DNA from: Verrucomicrobiia bacterium | GTDB taxonomy: Bacteria > Verrucomicrobiota > Verrucomicrobiia > Limisphaerales > UBA11358 | Reading direction: 5' to 3' | NCBI GenBank assembly: GCA_031290985.1 | Contig: JARLJW010000085.1 | Span: forward strand, 42,766-106,765 | Length of the DNA: 64,000 nucleotides | The notes under the pieces: model-generated | Seen by the model: the letters and a program-made list of their open reading frames with translations, nothing else | What the model was told of the DNA's origin: nothing | The model's database searches: none | Translations under genes and position numbers: made by a program | Part shown: positions 62,459 to 64,000 of the stretch, piece after piece | How positions within the stretch are numbered: position 1 is the stretch's first letter | Layout: the number at the start of each line of letters is the position of its first letter

Positions 62459-63283
62459 TCAACCACGCCGGAAATCCTTGTACGGATTCAGCGGCGGCTT
62501 CATTTTAATCGGTGGCAGGGGAGATTTCTTGATCGGTGGGGGCGGCGTGGCCGCGGGTGGCACCGTGATCATGGCCGGCTTGGGGGCCGGTTCAACCGGC
62601 TTCGCAGGCAGGGCCGCATCGCCGATCTTCATCTCCGGAAACTTCATCTCGCCCATGTCAAAATCCTTGAAGGAGCCCAGCGCACCCATCGTCGCAAAAT
62701 CCGTCTTCGCCATCGTGGGCTGTGACGGCGCATGCAACGTCTCGTAGCCGTTCACCACCCAGTCCAGTTTGCCCGTCTCAATGTCCACCATCAGCCCATG
62801 CACGGGGATTTTCGGGCCGATCAACGGGCTGCTCCGGGCAAAGGTGCAGGCCTTGATGACGTTTTGGCGTTCGCTGCCGAAAGTTCCAAAAAATTCGCTG
62901 AGGTTGGCCGGCAGATGCGCCCGATCCACGCCCAGCACCTTCAACTGGTCCAGCAGGACGGTCGTGGTCGTTTTGGCCACGTGACAGTCCGTATGGCCGA
63001 TGATGGCGATTTCGCGTCCGCCTTTGACCGCACAGGCCAGCGCCAGCGAGCGCATGGTGCTGCTCAAAGTGCCCGTGATGATGTTGCCCGCGTTCCGCAG
63101 CCAGATGAACTGTTCGCCCGGCAGGCCGATGACATTCGGAAACAGCGCGTTCAGGCGCGGATCAATGCACGTCAGTGCGATGATCGGCAGTTCGTCCGCA
63201 AATTCCGCCGGCCGCAGGCTGGCATTCGCGTCGCCGGCCACGGCCCGGTGGTTCGCGTCAATGATGGCTTCAAACAAGTGCAT
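62459..63283 (-). CDS. Beta-class carbonic anhydrase-like protein with a Pro-rich C-terminal extension
   Basis: Zn ligand motifs TCIDPRL and IIGHTDC. About 90 extra C-terminal residues rich in Pro, Lys and Met. Confidence 0.9.
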   Translation of the reverse strand: MHLFEAIIDANHRAVAGDANASLRPAEFADELPIIALTCIDPRLNALFPNVIGLPGEQFIWLRNAGNIITGTLSSTMRSLALACAVKGGREIAIIGHTDCHVAKTTTTVLLDQLKVLGVDRAHLPANLSEFFGTFGSERQNVIKACTFARSSPLIGPKIPVHGLMVDIETGKLDWVVNGYETLHAPSQPTMAKTDFATMGALGSFKDFDMGEMKFPEMKIGDAALPAKPVEPAPKPAMITVPPAATPPPPIKKSPLPPIKMKPPLNPYKDFRRG

Positions 63284-63292
63284 AGCTTTAGG

Positions 63293-63964
63293 TTAAACCG
63301 CATCCGGGTTAAGTTGCTCCAGTACCGTCTCAAAACATTCCGGGACATCAAATGCCCGGTTAGGCGGACAATTAATCCAAAAACACTGCAAAGCTGAGGC
63401 CCATCGTTTGGTTCTTTGATTAAATTCCGGCAACTGCTTGCAATCCATGCCGGTTCTAAGGCTGGCCAGCTTGATCTCCTTCTGGGCACGGGTCAAAAGA
63501 ATCGGGGTATACTGCCAGCCGGTTTGCCCGTACTTGCCCTTGGTCGGGGAACAATTCAACCCGATGGCAGCCACTTGATGACTTTCCAGAAATGGAAATT
63601 CCATCCCCGAAAAGCGCAGGCCTTTGTGCAGAAAAATGCGCTGCGACTGCTTGTCCAGCACATAATAATTATCAACCACCAACCGGACCGCCGCAGCGCT
63701 CAATAACAATCCGCCCCCGATCCACAGGCTGATCAACCAACTGGTTTCCCGGCTGACCACATTCAGGTTCTTCCTCCCGGGTCCTAAACTTAAACCGATG
63801 ATAAACACCAACATTCCAGCCACCAACAGGGGAATGATGACCCGCTCCATCCCAATCGTCGCCTCCAACCTGGTTCGCGACGGCAAAAAATCTGATTCCG
63901 CTTTGTCAGGTATCACTGGCAACAGAGCACAACCAGCTTCTGCATCTGTAGTTTGCTCAAACAT
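63293..63964 (-). CDS. Hypothetical membrane protein (two TM segments plus a soluble C-terminal domain)
   Basis: 223-aa ORF with an ATG start, 9 nt upstream of the carbonic anhydrase gene. GC is lower than the window average by eye. Confidence 0.7.
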   Translation of the reverse strand: MFEQTTDAEAGCALLPVIPDKAESDFLPSRTRLEATIGMERVIIPLLVAGMLVFIIGLSLGPGRKNLNVVSRETSWLISLWIGGGLLLSAAAVRLVVDNYYVLDKQSQRIFLHKGLRFSGMEFPFLESHQVAAIGLNCSPTKGKYGQTGWQYTPILLTRAQKEIKLASLRTGMDCKQLPEFNQRTKRWASALQCFWINCPPNRAFDVPECFETVLEQLNPDAV

Positions 63965-64000
63965 GATTCATTTTCACCCGGTCTTCTTCCACGGCTGCAA

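Overview
GC-rich chromosomal segment with hallmarks of the PVC superphylum, most likely Verrucomicrobiota. This is inferred from DUF1800/DUF1501 and PSCyt-DUF1549-DUF1553/DUF1501 gene pairs, a PEP-CTERM protein, a DUF2723-TPR giant membrane protein, secreted proteins ending in ...FYR, and several families of short GC-rich palindromic intergenic repeats.

Gene content is mostly housekeeping:
- Efflux: an OMP-MFP-RND tripartite pump followed directly by a MacA/MacB-type ABC pump (0.5-9.7 kb).
- tRNAs: tRNA-Asn and tRNA-Pro.
- Enzymes and PVC pairs: histidinol phosphatase and two DUF1501 modules (11.4-19.2 kb).
- Tightly packed minus-strand operon: pilT-pilT/U-(receiver-like ORF)-tlyA-nadK-lacI (20.7-26.2 kb).
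- Other core genes: midA-like, SDR, rsmE, dnaJ, grpE, an ECF sigma/anti-sigma pair with the DUF2723 protein, a modular Ig-like secreted protein, GH42 beta-galactosidase, a GT21 glycosyltransferase, ispH, a dGTPase-like gene, folK, dapB, dapA, a MurQ/GCKR-like SIS protein, a PAS-PAS sensor, a GlcD/GlcF-type FAD/Fe-S oxidase, CoA-binding/YfcH/DUF309 genes, parB, def, a FUT8/NodZ-like glycosyltransferase and a beta-carbonic anhydrase.

I found no convincing multi-gene novel system such as a defense island. The only clearly accessory or decayed stretch is about 50.8-54.3 kb. It holds a 273-bp tandem structured repeat, a truncated nucleotidyltransferase-like gene, a frameshifted ankyrin-like gene, low-GC fragments and an untracked small Cys-rich ORF.

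The observations most worth a second look:
- an inverted-repeat-bracketed four-helix-bundle (Avd/23S-IVS family) cassette between parB and def
- the 273-bp tandem repeat
- a Cys4 C-terminal output module on the PAS protein
- a low-GC mini-cassette bounded by 30-bp direct repeats
- a palindromic repeat inserted in frame in tlyA
- a DUF1800 gene broken inside a (GC)5 tract
- a composite repeat element that appears split around the PEP-CTERM gene

The many long ORFs antisense to real genes are treated as high-GC artefacts. All homology calls come from motif recognition by eye; no searches were run.
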